In this document: piece by piece, positions 7,717 through 16,425 of the stretch
How positions within the stretch are numbered: position 1 is the stretch's first letter
Layout of the letters: each line of letters begins with the position of its first letter
UHGV virus genome: UHGV-0180691
Direction: 5' to 3' (one strand)
Source: a virus
DNA: 40,865 nt
The notes under the pieces: model-generated
What the model was told of the DNA's origin: nothing
What the model saw: the letters and a program-made list of their open reading frames with translations, nothing else
The model's database searches: none
Made by a program: the position numbers and the translations under genes

Positions 7717-8571
7717 ATGAGCACTAAATTAACGGGTTACGTTTGGGACGCTTGTGCCGCTTCTGGCATGAAGCTGTCCAGCGTTGCCATCATGGCGCGT
7801 CTGGCAGACTTCAGCAGTGATGAAGGGGTTAGCTGGCCTTCCATCGCTACCATCGCGCGCCAGATTGGTGCCGGTGAGAGCACGGTTCGCACAGCCATAT
7901 CTCAACTGGAAAAAGACGGGTGGTTAACCCGCCAGCAGCGCCGTAAAGGCAACCGCAATGCATCGAACGTTTACCAGCTCAATGTTGCGAAATTACAGGC
8001 TGCTGCTTTTTCTCACCTGTCAGATTCTGACGCATCAAATTCTGATGCCTCAAAAACCGACGCGTCAAAATCTGAGGCATCAAAAAACGATGAAAAAGGC
8101 GGTTTTCACCCGTCAGAATCTGGGGGGGATCCGTCAGTAAATACAACTACTGATCCATCAGTTAAAAAACCTTTTTGTCCGGTTGCGCCGCAACCAGACC
8201 CTGAAGTGATGATTACCGATAACGCCATCCTGGTTCTGAATCATCTGAACCTGGTTAGCGGCTCACGATACCAAAAATCAAAAACTTCTCTGGAAAACAT
8301 CCGTGCTCGCTTGCGCGAAGGTTACACCGTTGGTGACTTACAACTGGTGATTGACCTTAAGCATGAGCACTGGAACGGCAATGACGTGCAGTACCAGTAC
8401 ATGCGCCCTGAAACGCTATTTGGCCCGAAAAAGTTCGAGGGTTATCTGCAAAGCGGGATCCGTTGGGACAAGAAGGGGCGTCCACCACGTGAAAGCTGGG
8501 GTGAAAAGAAACACGATCCGATGAAGTTCGGTCCGGTTGATACCAAGATTCCAGAGGGGTTCAGAGGATGA
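7717..8571 (+). CDS. replication initiation protein (O-like, N-terminal winged-HTH; conserved phage C-terminal domain)
   Basis: 284 aa; position after cro/cII; internal low-complexity linker encoded by direct repeats (iteron-like) as in lambda O; RBS AAAGGA upstream. Confidence 0.65.
   Translation: MSTKLTGYVWDACAASGMKLSSVAIMARLADFSSDEGVSWPSIATIARQIGAGESTVRTAISQLEKDGWLTRQQRRKGNRNASNVYQLNVAKLQAAAFSHLSDSDASNSDASKTDASKSEASKNDEKGGFHPSESGGDPSVNTTTDPSVKKPFCPVAPQPDPEVMITDNAILVLNHLNLVSGSRYQKSKTSLENIRARLREGYTVGDLQLVIDLKHEHWNGNDVQYQYMRPETLFGPKKFEGYLQSGIRWDKKGRPPRESWGEKKHDPMKFGPVDTKIPEGFRG
8026..8088. repeat. four direct repeats with 15-bp periodicity (core GAYGCNTCAAAA), iteron-like, inside the replication gene
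   Basis: Cores start at 8029, 8044, 8059, 8074; followed by an A-rich stretch; encode the SDASNSDASKTDASKSEASKND linker. Confidence 0.5.
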
Positions 8572-9455
8572 CGGAAAATAAATACTGCCGCGCACTGGCT
8601 GAACTCCGTTCAAAACCAGCGCATGAATTGAAAGAAGTTGGCGATCAGTGGCGAACTCCAGATCTACTTTTTTGGGGCATCAATTCGATATTTGGCCCGA
8701 TGGCTCTGGATCTGTTTGCAGATGATAGCAATGCAAAATGCCCTGCATGGTATACCGCCGAAGATAACGCGTTGACGCAGGACTGGTCAGAACGTCTGGC
8801 AGAACTCGGTGGCGCCGCGTTTGCTAACCCGCCATACAGCCGTTCTCAGTACCATGAAAAGCAGGCCATCACTGGCATGACTCACATCATGAATCACACA
8901 ATGGCTATGCGTGATAAAGGTGGTCGTTACATATACCTCGTGAAGTCAGCCACAAGTGAAACATGGTGGCCGGAGGATGCCGATCACATCATGTTTATTC
9001 GTGGTCGTATTGGGTTTGATCTTCCTGTTTGGTTTGTTCCCGCTGACGAGAGGCAGCAACCCACCAGCGCATTTTTTGCCGGGGCAATAGCTGTTTTCGA
9101 CAAAACCTGGCGTGGTGAAAGCTTCAGCTATATCAATCGCACCGAACTGGAAGAAAAAGGGCGTGCAGCATTGTCATTGGCTCAATTCGCCGCGGCAAAA
9201 ATGGCCCTTCCTTCGGTGCCGGAAAAAGCAATGCCTACTCCAATTGCAACACCTGATGCAGAGTCGCGCATCTGGCCTCTTGAGGTTGGACTGGTGTTTA
9301 ACCAAATTGAAGGGGCTGACGCTCTACCTGTTTCACAGCAGAACAAGCTGAAAGCCAATATCAACCAGCTGTGGCTCGAACGTATGCCTACGAGTGAAAT
9401 TATCACGACCGCTGGTGGTCTCTTCAACAGCATGCAGGGGGCCGTCAATGCGTGA
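8568..9455 (+). CDS. DNA N6-adenine methyltransferase (phage Dam-like)
   Basis: 295 aa; motifs DLFADDSN and FANPPYS (NPPY catalytic motif); stop overlaps start of the next methyltransferase gene. Confidence 0.7.
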   Translation: MTENKYCRALAELRSKPAHELKEVGDQWRTPDLLFWGINSIFGPMALDLFADDSNAKCPAWYTAEDNALTQDWSERLAELGGAAFANPPYSRSQYHEKQAITGMTHIMNHTMAMRDKGGRYIYLVKSATSETWWPEDADHIMFIRGRIGFDLPVWFVPADERQQPTSAFFAGAIAVFDKTWRGESFSYINRTELEEKGRAALSLAQFAAAKMALPSVPEKAMPTPIATPDAESRIWPLEVGLVFNQIEGADALPVSQQNKLKANINQLWLERMPTSEIITTAGGLFNSMQGAVNA

Positions 9456-11385
9456 AATCATCGTTGATAACTTTGCCGGTGGTGGCGGCGCGAGTACCGG
9501 CATTGAACTGGCCATCGGGCGTAGCGTGGATATCGCTATCAACCACGACGAAAACGCTATTGCGATGCATAAGACGAATCACCCAGACACGCTGCATTAT
9601 TGCGAGTCGGTGTTTGACGTTGACCCAAGCGCAGCCACCAGCGGTAAACCTGTCGGCCTGGCCTGGTTTAGCCCTGACTGCCGCCACTTTTCCAAAGCGA
9701 AGGGCGCTAAGCCAGTTAAGAAAGAGATTCGCGGGCTGGCGTGGATTGTTCTGCGCTGGGCGCTGGCAGTACGTCCCCGAGTCATGATGCTGGAGAACGT
9801 CGAAGAATTTAAGACATGGGGCCCGCTGCTGGATGAAGAATTACGCCCGGATCCTGAGCGTGCTGGTGAAACATTCGAGGCATTTGTCGGCATGCTGTCG
9901 ACTGGTATCGCTGCGAATCACCCAGCACTGGCTGAGGTTTGCGAATTTCTTGCCATTGAGCCGCACGGCAAGCAGGCGCAACAGCTGATCGCCGGGCTTG
10001 GCTATGAGGTCGATTATCGTGAACTGCGCGCTTGTGACTATGGCGCGCCGACGATCAGAAAGCGTTTCTTCATGGTCATGCGTTGTGACGGCCGCAAGAT
10101 TCATTGGCCTGAAGCGACTCATGGGGATCCAAAATCACTGGAAGTACAAAGCGGCAAGCTGGCGCCATGGCGTACCGCGGCGGAGTGCATTGACTGGAAT
10201 ATCCCGGCCCGGTCCATCTTCGACCGCAAAAAGCCGCTGGCGGAAAATACGCTCAAACGTATCGCGCGCGGCATCCAGCGTTTCGTTATCGAGAGTGCTT
10301 CGCCGTTTATCGTTAAGTGCAACCACACCACGTCACACGGCAAATATGATTGTTTCCGTGGGCAGGAGCTCGAGGCTCCATTACAAACCATCACGAAAAC
10401 CCACGGCTATGCGCTGGCGGTACCGCATCTTACTAAATTCCGCACCGGGGCCACCGGGCAGCCAGTGACCGAGCCGGTTCCAACTGTCACCGCTGGTACG
10501 TCGGCGCGCCCGGGCGGGAATGGACATGCGCTTGGCGTAGTTGAGGCCGCCCTGACACCGTTCCTGGCTGGCAATGGCGGCAGTGAGTACCAGGCAAAGC
10601 CGCGCCCGCTGGATAAACCCGCTCATACAATCCTCAAGCAGTCCCACGCGTGCGTGGTTGCGCCGGTCATCGCCCGCCAGTTTGGCGCCAGTGTTGGGCA
10701 CAGGGCTGACGAACCGAGCGCGACGATTACTGCAGGTGGTGGCGGTAAGTCGCAGCTGGTAACTCCAACATTGATCCAGATGGGGTACGGCGAACGCCCA
10801 GGACAAGAACCGCGTGTTCTTCAACTGAATAACCCGCTCGGCACGGTCACTGCTGGTGGTAATAAGTTTGCAACGGTGAGCGCGTTCCTGGCGAAGCACT
10901 ATGGTGGGAATTACACGGGGCCGGGTGTTGGTATGGATGAGCCTGCCCATTCAGTCACTACTGTTGATCATCACGCGGTAGTTGCGTCGCACCTGGTGAA
11001 GCTGCGCGGAACCTGCCGCGACGGTCAGACCATGGATACACCTATGCCGACGATTACCGCTGGTGGCCAGCATGTTGGCGAGGTCCGGACATTCCTCGAA
11101 ACATACTGCGGTGATAGCGAGGATGAATGGCTGGTGACGATCGAGGGGGTTAAGTACCAGATCGTCGATATCGGAATGCGCATGCTGCAACCGCATGAGC
11201 TTTATAAGGCGCAGGGCTTCCCTGACGGCTACGTTATCGATCAGGACTATCGCGGCAATCGTTACGCCAAAGACAAGCAGGTAGCGCGCTGCGGTAACGC
11301 AGTACCGCCGCCGTTCGCTCGTGCTCTGGTAGAAGCAAATCTTCCTGAATTATGTGCAAATCAAAAGGCGGGTGCAGCCGCCTGA
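9448..11385 (+). CDS. DNA cytosine-5 methyltransferase with extended repeat-containing variable region
   Basis: Start at ATG 9448 (MREIIVDNFAGGGGASTG = motif I); SPDCRHFS (catalytic Cys motif IV), MLENVEEF (ENV motif VI), C-terminal LQGFP and GNAVPPPFARAL (motifs IX/X); about 360-aa region between motifs VIII and IX with repeated T(V/I)TAGG modules. Confidence 0.85.
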   Translation: MREIIVDNFAGGGGASTGIELAIGRSVDIAINHDENAIAMHKTNHPDTLHYCESVFDVDPSAATSGKPVGLAWFSPDCRHFSKAKGAKPVKKEIRGLAWIVLRWALAVRPRVMMLENVEEFKTWGPLLDEELRPDPERAGETFEAFVGMLSTGIAANHPALAEVCEFLAIEPHGKQAQQLIAGLGYEVDYRELRACDYGAPTIRKRFFMVMRCDGRKIHWPEATHGDPKSLEVQSGKLAPWRTAAECIDWNIPARSIFDRKKPLAENTLKRIARGIQRFVIESASPFIVKCNHTTSHGKYDCFRGQELEAPLQTITKTHGYALAVPHLTKFRTGATGQPVTEPVPTVTAGTSARPGGNGHALGVVEAALTPFLAGNGGSEYQAKPRPLDKPAHTILKQSHACVVAPVIARQFGASVGHRADEPSATITAGGGGKSQLVTPTLIQMGYGERPGQEPRVLQLNNPLGTVTAGGNKFATVSAFLAKHYGGNYTGPGVGMDEPAHSVTTVDHHAVVASHLVKLRGTCRDGQTMDTPMPTITAGGQHVGEVRTFLETYCGDSEDEWLVTIEGVKYQIVDIGMRMLQPHELYKAQGFPDGYVIDQDYRGNRYAKDKQVARCGNAVPPPFARALVEANLPELCANQKAGAAA

Positions 11386-11399
11386 TATGGAGAAATAGC

Positions 11400-12092
11400 A
11401 TGAATCAGTTAACCGCAAAGGGTGTTGTGACAATGTCCAGCCGTGAAATTGCCAGGCTGGTGCAGAGCAAACATGGTGATGTGAAGCGCTCAGCTGAGCG
11501 CCTTGCATCTGCTGGTATTTTAACCGCGCCGTTGGCGCACACCCCCTACACACACCCGCAAAACGGGCAAACCTACGAGGAGTATTGGTTCAACAAACGT
11601 GATTCTCTGGTGATCGTCGCCAGGCTGTCGCCAGAATTTACCGCCGCTGTTGTCGATCGCTGGCAAGAGCTGGAGAACAGCCAGGCCGTAAGTGTCCCGC
11701 AAACATTGCCGGAGGCATTACGTCTCGCCGCGGATCTGGCCGAGCAGAAAGAACAACTCAGCCAGCAGTTAGCCGCTGCCGCGCCGAAAATTGAGTTTGT
11801 CGATCGGTATTGTACTGCCAAAGGCTCAATGTCTTTCCGCCAGGTGGCAAAGCTGTTGCAGGCCAAAGAGACCGATTTCCGCTTGTTCCTCATTGAGAGC
11901 GACATTATGTACCGGCTCGGCGGAGTGCTGACACCGCGGCACCAGCACATTGCTGCCGGGCGGTTTGAAGTGAAAACTGGCACCACGAGCGAAACAAACT
12001 ACGCCTTTAGCCAGGCACGTTTTACACCCAAAGGCATCGAGTGGATCGGCGGCCTGTGGACGGCACACATCGCTAAGGGGCATGCCGCGTGA
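11400..12092 (+). CDS. Rha/antirepressor family protein (N-terminal Rha-like, C-terminal Ant-like domain)
   Basis: ATG at 11400 with GGAG upstream; N-terminal MSSREIARLVQSKHGDVKR pattern typical of Rha family; assignment from memory. Confidence 0.6.
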   Translation: MNQLTAKGVVTMSSREIARLVQSKHGDVKRSAERLASAGILTAPLAHTPYTHPQNGQTYEEYWFNKRDSLVIVARLSPEFTAAVVDRWQELENSQAVSVPQTLPEALRLAADLAEQKEQLSQQLAAAAPKIEFVDRYCTAKGSMSFRQVAKLLQAKETDFRLFLIESDIMYRLGGVLTPRHQHIAAGRFEVKTGTTSETNYAFSQARFTPKGIEWIGGLWTAHIAKGHAA

Positions 12093-13150
12093 GAGGACTG
12101 TTTACAGCCGAGACTGTTCCTCGCCTTGGCCTAGTGGTGTTAAAGCCGGGCAGCGAACTGATGTCTCTGTTTCAACAGGGGCGTGTGCTGGTGGAGCCTC
12201 AGCCAAAAAGCATGGCTGGGCTTCCGTCGGGCCTCGTCCCTGATGCCAGGCAGCCGCTGGCAGAAGATAAGTCCCTCGAGGAATTCTTCACCGACGAGAG
12301 AGTAATCCGTGCAGCTGGCGGTTTGACCGCGTTGGAATCCTGGTTAGAACGTAACGTGAAGGAATGCCAGTACCCGCACACTGATTATCACCATCATGAG
12401 CTGGTAACGATGCGACACCCCCCTGGATCAATGTTGCTCTGTTGGCATTGCGATAACCAGCTGCGCGATCAAACCACCGCGGCGCTGGCAGAACTGGCCC
12501 GGCGTAATCTCATTAACTGGCTGATCAGTTCCATCCTGTCATCGCTTGGCTATAACAACGAGCGTGAATTATCCCTCGGTGAATTGTGCTGGTGGGCCGT
12601 CTATTCAGGCATTGCTGTTGCAATCACGGAAAGGATGGCCCAGCGTGCGCTTCGATTACCGGACGAGTCGTTTTTATCCGTATATCGAGAAAGTGACATT
12701 GTGCCGATGCCCCCCGCTAAAAGCATTTTGCAGAAGAAGGTCACCCCTGCGGTCACGGCTGCGAAATTAAAGCATGGAGCAAATCAGGAAGTGGCCTATG
12801 ACCAGCCAAAGGTTCTGGCTCTGCATGCGGATCCTGAATCCCCTGAATCATTCATGTTGCGCCCAAAACACCGCAGGTGGATGAATGAGGACTATACCCG
12901 GTGGGTTAAAACCCAGCCCTGTGAAGGTTGCCGGCGGCCAGCGGATGATCCACACCATGTCATTGGTCACGGCATGGGCGGTACCGCCACTAAAGCCCAC
13001 GATTTGTTCGTGATCCCTCTGTGCAGAGAGTGTCACGACAAATTACATGCTGATGTTGCAGCGTTCGAGAAAAAACACGGTACCCAGCTGGAGCTGCTAT
13101 TCCGGTTTATGAATCGAGCGCTGGCGATCGGCGTAATAACAAAAGCGTAA
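12089..13150 (+). CDS. DUF968-type phage protein (YdfU-like) with C-terminal Cys/His HNH-like motif
   Basis: 353 aa; GTG start with AAGGGG RBS; C-terminal CEGCRRPADDPHHVIGHG...CRECHDKLH. Confidence 0.55.
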   Translation: MRGLFTAETVPRLGLVVLKPGSELMSLFQQGRVLVEPQPKSMAGLPSGLVPDARQPLAEDKSLEEFFTDERVIRAAGGLTALESWLERNVKECQYPHTDYHHHELVTMRHPPGSMLLCWHCDNQLRDQTTAALAELARRNLINWLISSILSSLGYNNERELSLGELCWWAVYSGIAVAITERMAQRALRLPDESFLSVYRESDIVPMPPAKSILQKKVTPAVTAAKLKHGANQEVAYDQPKVLALHADPESPESFMLRPKHRRWMNEDYTRWVKTQPCEGCRRPADDPHHVIGHGMGGTATKAHDLFVIPLCRECHDKLHADVAAFEKKHGTQLELLFRFMNRALAIGVITKA

Positions 13151-13171
13151 TTGTATGGAGCGCTGAGCATA

Positions 13172-13864
13172 ATGAATTTACAAGAACTGGAATATACGCG
13201 GATTGAACTGCGCCGCGCGCTGGCGGATTTATCAGGATCGACAAAAGGACAGCTGCAGGCGTTCAGTGAGCATCCACCAGCAGATAAGAATAAATACCCT
13301 CGGCACCATCCTGAAATCGTCATGGAGGGTGGGGAAGGTTGTGGATCGAAGGTTGTAAAAACTCTGGCCACTCCGCTTTATGTTCTTGAGACAAGGAGCC
13401 GTCGCCGACCTTTACCGCCTATTAAGGATACGGAGTTCGCTTGTTCAGCATGGCGTCGATCGGTCAATGGTCTGGGGGCGCATTTGCAGGCATGGGTGCG
13501 GTACTGCTATGGGCATGACCTTGCTTTCCGGTACCAGAGGTTAATGTGCCAGCACGTATGGGAAGAGTTTCAGCGTCAGCATAGCGGCAAAAAAATCCAA
13601 GACCGTGTCACTAAAAAACTGGTAGGGCTTGTCTGGCTGGCGGCGCAAGAAGTTGCTGCCTCGCGTAATAACGATACCTATCAGGAGTATGCTGGAGCAG
13701 CTCTGGCGCGCATGGTCAGCGTTGAGCGTTCCACCTGGCTCAGAGTGTATTCAGGCCACTGGGCAGCTTTCAAAGCGTCGTTTTCGGAGATGGACAGCCA
13801 GGCACTAAGCGAAATTTTGACACGGTACGAAGAGTACCAAGAACTGAAAGTGGCGGAAATGTGA
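13172..13864 (+). CDS. putative late-gene antiterminator (Q-like)
   Basis: ATG at 13172 with GGAG upstream; immediately upstream of a strong intrinsic terminator and the lysis cassette, the canonical Q position; sequence family not verified. Confidence 0.5.
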   Translation: MNLQELEYTRIELRRALADLSGSTKGQLQAFSEHPPADKNKYPRHHPEIVMEGGEGCGSKVVKTLATPLYVLETRSRRRPLPPIKDTEFACSAWRRSVNGLGAHLQAWVRYCYGHDLAFRYQRLMCQHVWEEFQRQHSGKKIQDRVTKKLVGLVWLAAQEVAASRNNDTYQEYAGAALARMVSVERSTWLRVYSGHWAAFKASFSEMDSQALSEILTRYEEYQELKVAEM

Positions 13865-13957
13865 GGTAACTTTCACTAACTCCCTCAATTAGGCTTGCAA
13901 AATGCAACAAAATAAGCGATATTTGAAGCTAATTTGATATATTGCCAAAAGTTTATA

Positions 13958-13982
13958 AACCCGCCAGCGAGCGGGTTTTTTA
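13958..13982 (+). terminator. rho-independent terminator (tR'-like) downstream of Q-like gene
   Basis: Stem CCCGC / GCGGG with loop CAGCGA followed by T6. Confidence 0.7.
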
Positions 13983-14003
13983 TTAGATGTTTTTTAAGGA
14001 ATC

Positions 14004-14291
14004 TTAAGGGAAAACACTACTCCATTGGAATTGAGCTCCTGCATCGAAGATTGTTAGCTCTGCGACATCTCTTGGTGTTCTCTTAGCTTTAAATGCTGGG
14101 CTATTTTCGTAAAAGCACTTCATGTTTTTCATATAGCGGTATAACACATCGCCAGAAGCATCATAAATAATAAATGAATCAATATTATGTGTATTAGTCT
14201 TTGATTCATTCGGGTCGATGTAACAAACAATGTTTCTTATAGCTTGGCGCACTTGCGCGATACTCTGAAATGACACAACTAGTACCTCCAA
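14004..14291 (-). CDS. doubtful hypothetical ORF in AT-rich spacer
   Basis: 95 aa but TTG start and weak RBS; internal ATG lacks an RBS; listed only because it is the sole ORF in a roughly 690-bp AT-rich interval. Confidence 0.15.
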   Translation of the reverse strand: MEVLVVSFQSIAQVRQAIRNIVCYIDPNESKTNTHNIDSFIIYDASGDVLYRYMKNMKCFYENSPAFKAKRTPRDVAELTIFDAGAQFQWSSVFP

Positions 14292-14550
14292 TTTCTTATG
14301 AATACTCTTTATATATCGTCTAGATGCATGTTTTCTTTATGCCAGGTCTTTATTTTTATAAATACGGCAAGTTCTAATTAGAAATTGAGCGCTTCCAGAT
14401 AGGGAGCATTTATTTGTGGAAATGGGCGGCTGGTGGGTGTTGTAGCACCCAACCAGCCATTAGCTCATGCTTTCAGGTCACAAGCTAACCAAGGCCCATT
14501 GCTTTAGCGCAAAAGCATAGTGAGCCTATCAGAGTTACGCTTACGGATCT

Positions 14551-15603
14551 ATGAAAAATACTGTAAATATAAACAGTGTTGAGCTTATCAACGCTGACTG
14601 CCTGCAATACCTAGCAACCCTCCCAGATAACACCATCGACCTTATTGTTACGGATCCGCCTTATTTTAAGGTGAAGCCGAACGGCTGGGATAATCAGTGG
14701 AACGGTGACGCCGACTATCTTCGCTGGCTTGATATGTGTCTTGCCCAGTTCTGGCGAGTGCTTAAGCCTGCCGGCAGCCTGTATTTGTTTTCAGGTCACC
14801 GACTTGCATCCGATATTGAGATCATGATGCGTGAACGCTTCAACGTCATGAACCACATTATCTGGGCGAAGCCATCAGGGCGCTGGAACGGGTGTAATAA
14901 AGAAAGCCTGCGCTCTTACTTTCCCGCGACGGAACGCATCCTTTTCGCTGAGCATTATCAGGGGCCATATAAGCCGAAAAGCGACGGGTTTGCTGAGAAA
15001 AGCAACGAGGTCAAACAGCACGTCATGGCTCCGTTAATCACCTACTTTCGGGATGCACGAGCCGAACTGGGGGTCACGTCCAGGCAAATAGCTGACGCCA
15101 CCGGAAAGAAAAATATGGTGTCTCACTGGTTCGGTGCCAGTCAGTGGCAACTACCGAACGAGCAGGATTACGAAAAGCTGCAGGAATTGTTCACTCAGAT
15201 CGCCATTGAGAAGCACCGCGCCTCAGAACTCAAAGCACCGCATCACCAGCTGGTGGCCACATGGCATTCGTTGAACCGGAAATACCTTGATCTGCTGGAA
15301 GAGTACAAATCTCTTCGGCGGCATTTCTCTGTGACAGTAGCCGTGCCCTATACAGACGTCTGGACACATAAACCCGTCCAGTTCTATCCAGGCAAACACC
15401 CGTGCGAAAAGCCCGCTGATATGTTGCGGCAAATCATCAACGCCAGCAGCAGGCCCGGCGATGTGGTAGCTGATTTCTTTATGGGCTCGGGATCAACTGT
15501 TAAAGCAGCCATTGAACTGGGCCGCCAGGCTATCGGCGTAGAACTGGAAGAGGAACGTTTCAACCAGACGGTAAGTGAGGTGAGGCAGCTGGCAGGGGAA
15601 TAA
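14551..15603 (+). CDS. DNA methyltransferase, N6-adenine/N4-cytosine class (beta-type, DPPY motif)
   Basis: 350 aa; VTDPPYF (motif IV) near N-terminus and FFMGSGST (motif I, AdoMet binding) near C-terminus, the order typical of beta-class amino-methyltransferases. Confidence 0.8.
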   Translation: MKNTVNINSVELINADCLQYLATLPDNTIDLIVTDPPYFKVKPNGWDNQWNGDADYLRWLDMCLAQFWRVLKPAGSLYLFSGHRLASDIEIMMRERFNVMNHIIWAKPSGRWNGCNKESLRSYFPATERILFAEHYQGPYKPKSDGFAEKSNEVKQHVMAPLITYFRDARAELGVTSRQIADATGKKNMVSHWFGASQWQLPNEQDYEKLQELFTQIAIEKHRASELKAPHHQLVATWHSLNRKYLDLLEEYKSLRRHFSVTVAVPYTDVWTHKPVQFYPGKHPCEKPADMLRQIINASSRPGDVVADFFMGSGSTVKAAIELGRQAIGVELEEERFNQTVSEVRQLAGE

Positions 15604-15673
15604 AAGCTTGGGTCGCTATCGCGGCCCTTTTTATTACCTCAACTGGACACCCGCAACGTAGCGAGGTGAGAGC

Positions 15674-15889
15674 ATGTATCGAATGGAAAAAATCACGACG
15701 GGTATTGCATACGGCGCATCGGGAGGGGGGACCGGATACTGGTTGCTTCAGCTCCTCGATAAAGTCTCCCCATCTCAATGGGCGGCCATTGGTGTGCTCG
15801 GTAGCCTCATGTTTGGTTTGCTGACGTGGTTAACGAGTCTGTACTTCCAAATTAAAGCGGATCGCCGCAAAGCTGCGCGGGGTGAATGA
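15674..15889 (+). CDS. S: class II holin / pinholin (phage 21 S-like), dual-start motif
   Basis: 71 aa, two predicted TM helices, C-terminal RRKAARGE; Met1-x-Arg-Met4 dual start; strong resemblance to phage 21 S pinholin as I recall it. Confidence 0.85.
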   Translation: MYRMEKITTGIAYGASGGGTGYWLLQLLDKVSPSQWAAIGVLGSLMFGLLTWLTSLYFQIKADRRKAARGE

Positions 15890-16425
15890 TGTCGAACAAA
15901 GCAAAGCTCAGCGCAGCAGTGCTGGCGCTAATCGCGTCAGGGGCATCTGCTCCACTCATTTTCGACCAATTCATCAGCGAGAAAGAAGGCAATGCGCTGG
16001 TGGCCGTTGTTGATCCGGGTGGGGTCTGGTCTTTATGTCACGGCGTGACCGTTATCGATGGCAGGCGTGTTGTTAAGGGCATGACAGCCACAGAGGAACA
16101 ATGCCGCAAGGTTAACGCTATTGAACGTGATAAGGCATTAGCCTGGGTGGATCGCAATATCAAAGTGCCTCTGACAGAGCCGCAGAAGGTAGGCATCGCA
16201 TCTTTTTGCCCGTACAACATCGGGCCGGGTAAATGCTTCCCGTCCACGTTCTATAAGCGCATCAATGCTGGTGACCGGAAAGGGGCATGTGAAGCTATTC
16301 GCTGGTGGATTAAAGATGGCGGCCGTGATTGCCGACTAACCAAAGGCCAAAAGAATGGCTGCTATGGGCAGGTCGAGCGGCGCGATCAAGAAAGTGCGCT
16401 GGCGTGCTGGGGGCTGGACCAATGA
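15886..16425 (+). CDS. R: SAR endolysin (T4-lysozyme-like muramidase with N-terminal signal-anchor-release domain)
   Basis: 179 aa; Gly/Ala-rich weakly hydrophobic N-terminus ([19 protein letters not shown]); E...D...T catalytic spacing ([22 protein letters not shown]); overlaps holin stop. Confidence 0.85.
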   Translation: MMSNKAKLSAAVLALIASGASAPLIFDQFISEKEGNALVAVVDPGGVWSLCHGVTVIDGRRVVKGMTATEEQCRKVNAIERDKALAWVDRNIKVPLTEPQKVGIASFCPYNIGPGKCFPSTFYKRINAGDRKGACEAIRWWIKDGGRDCRLTKGQKNGCYGQVERRDQESALACWGLDQ

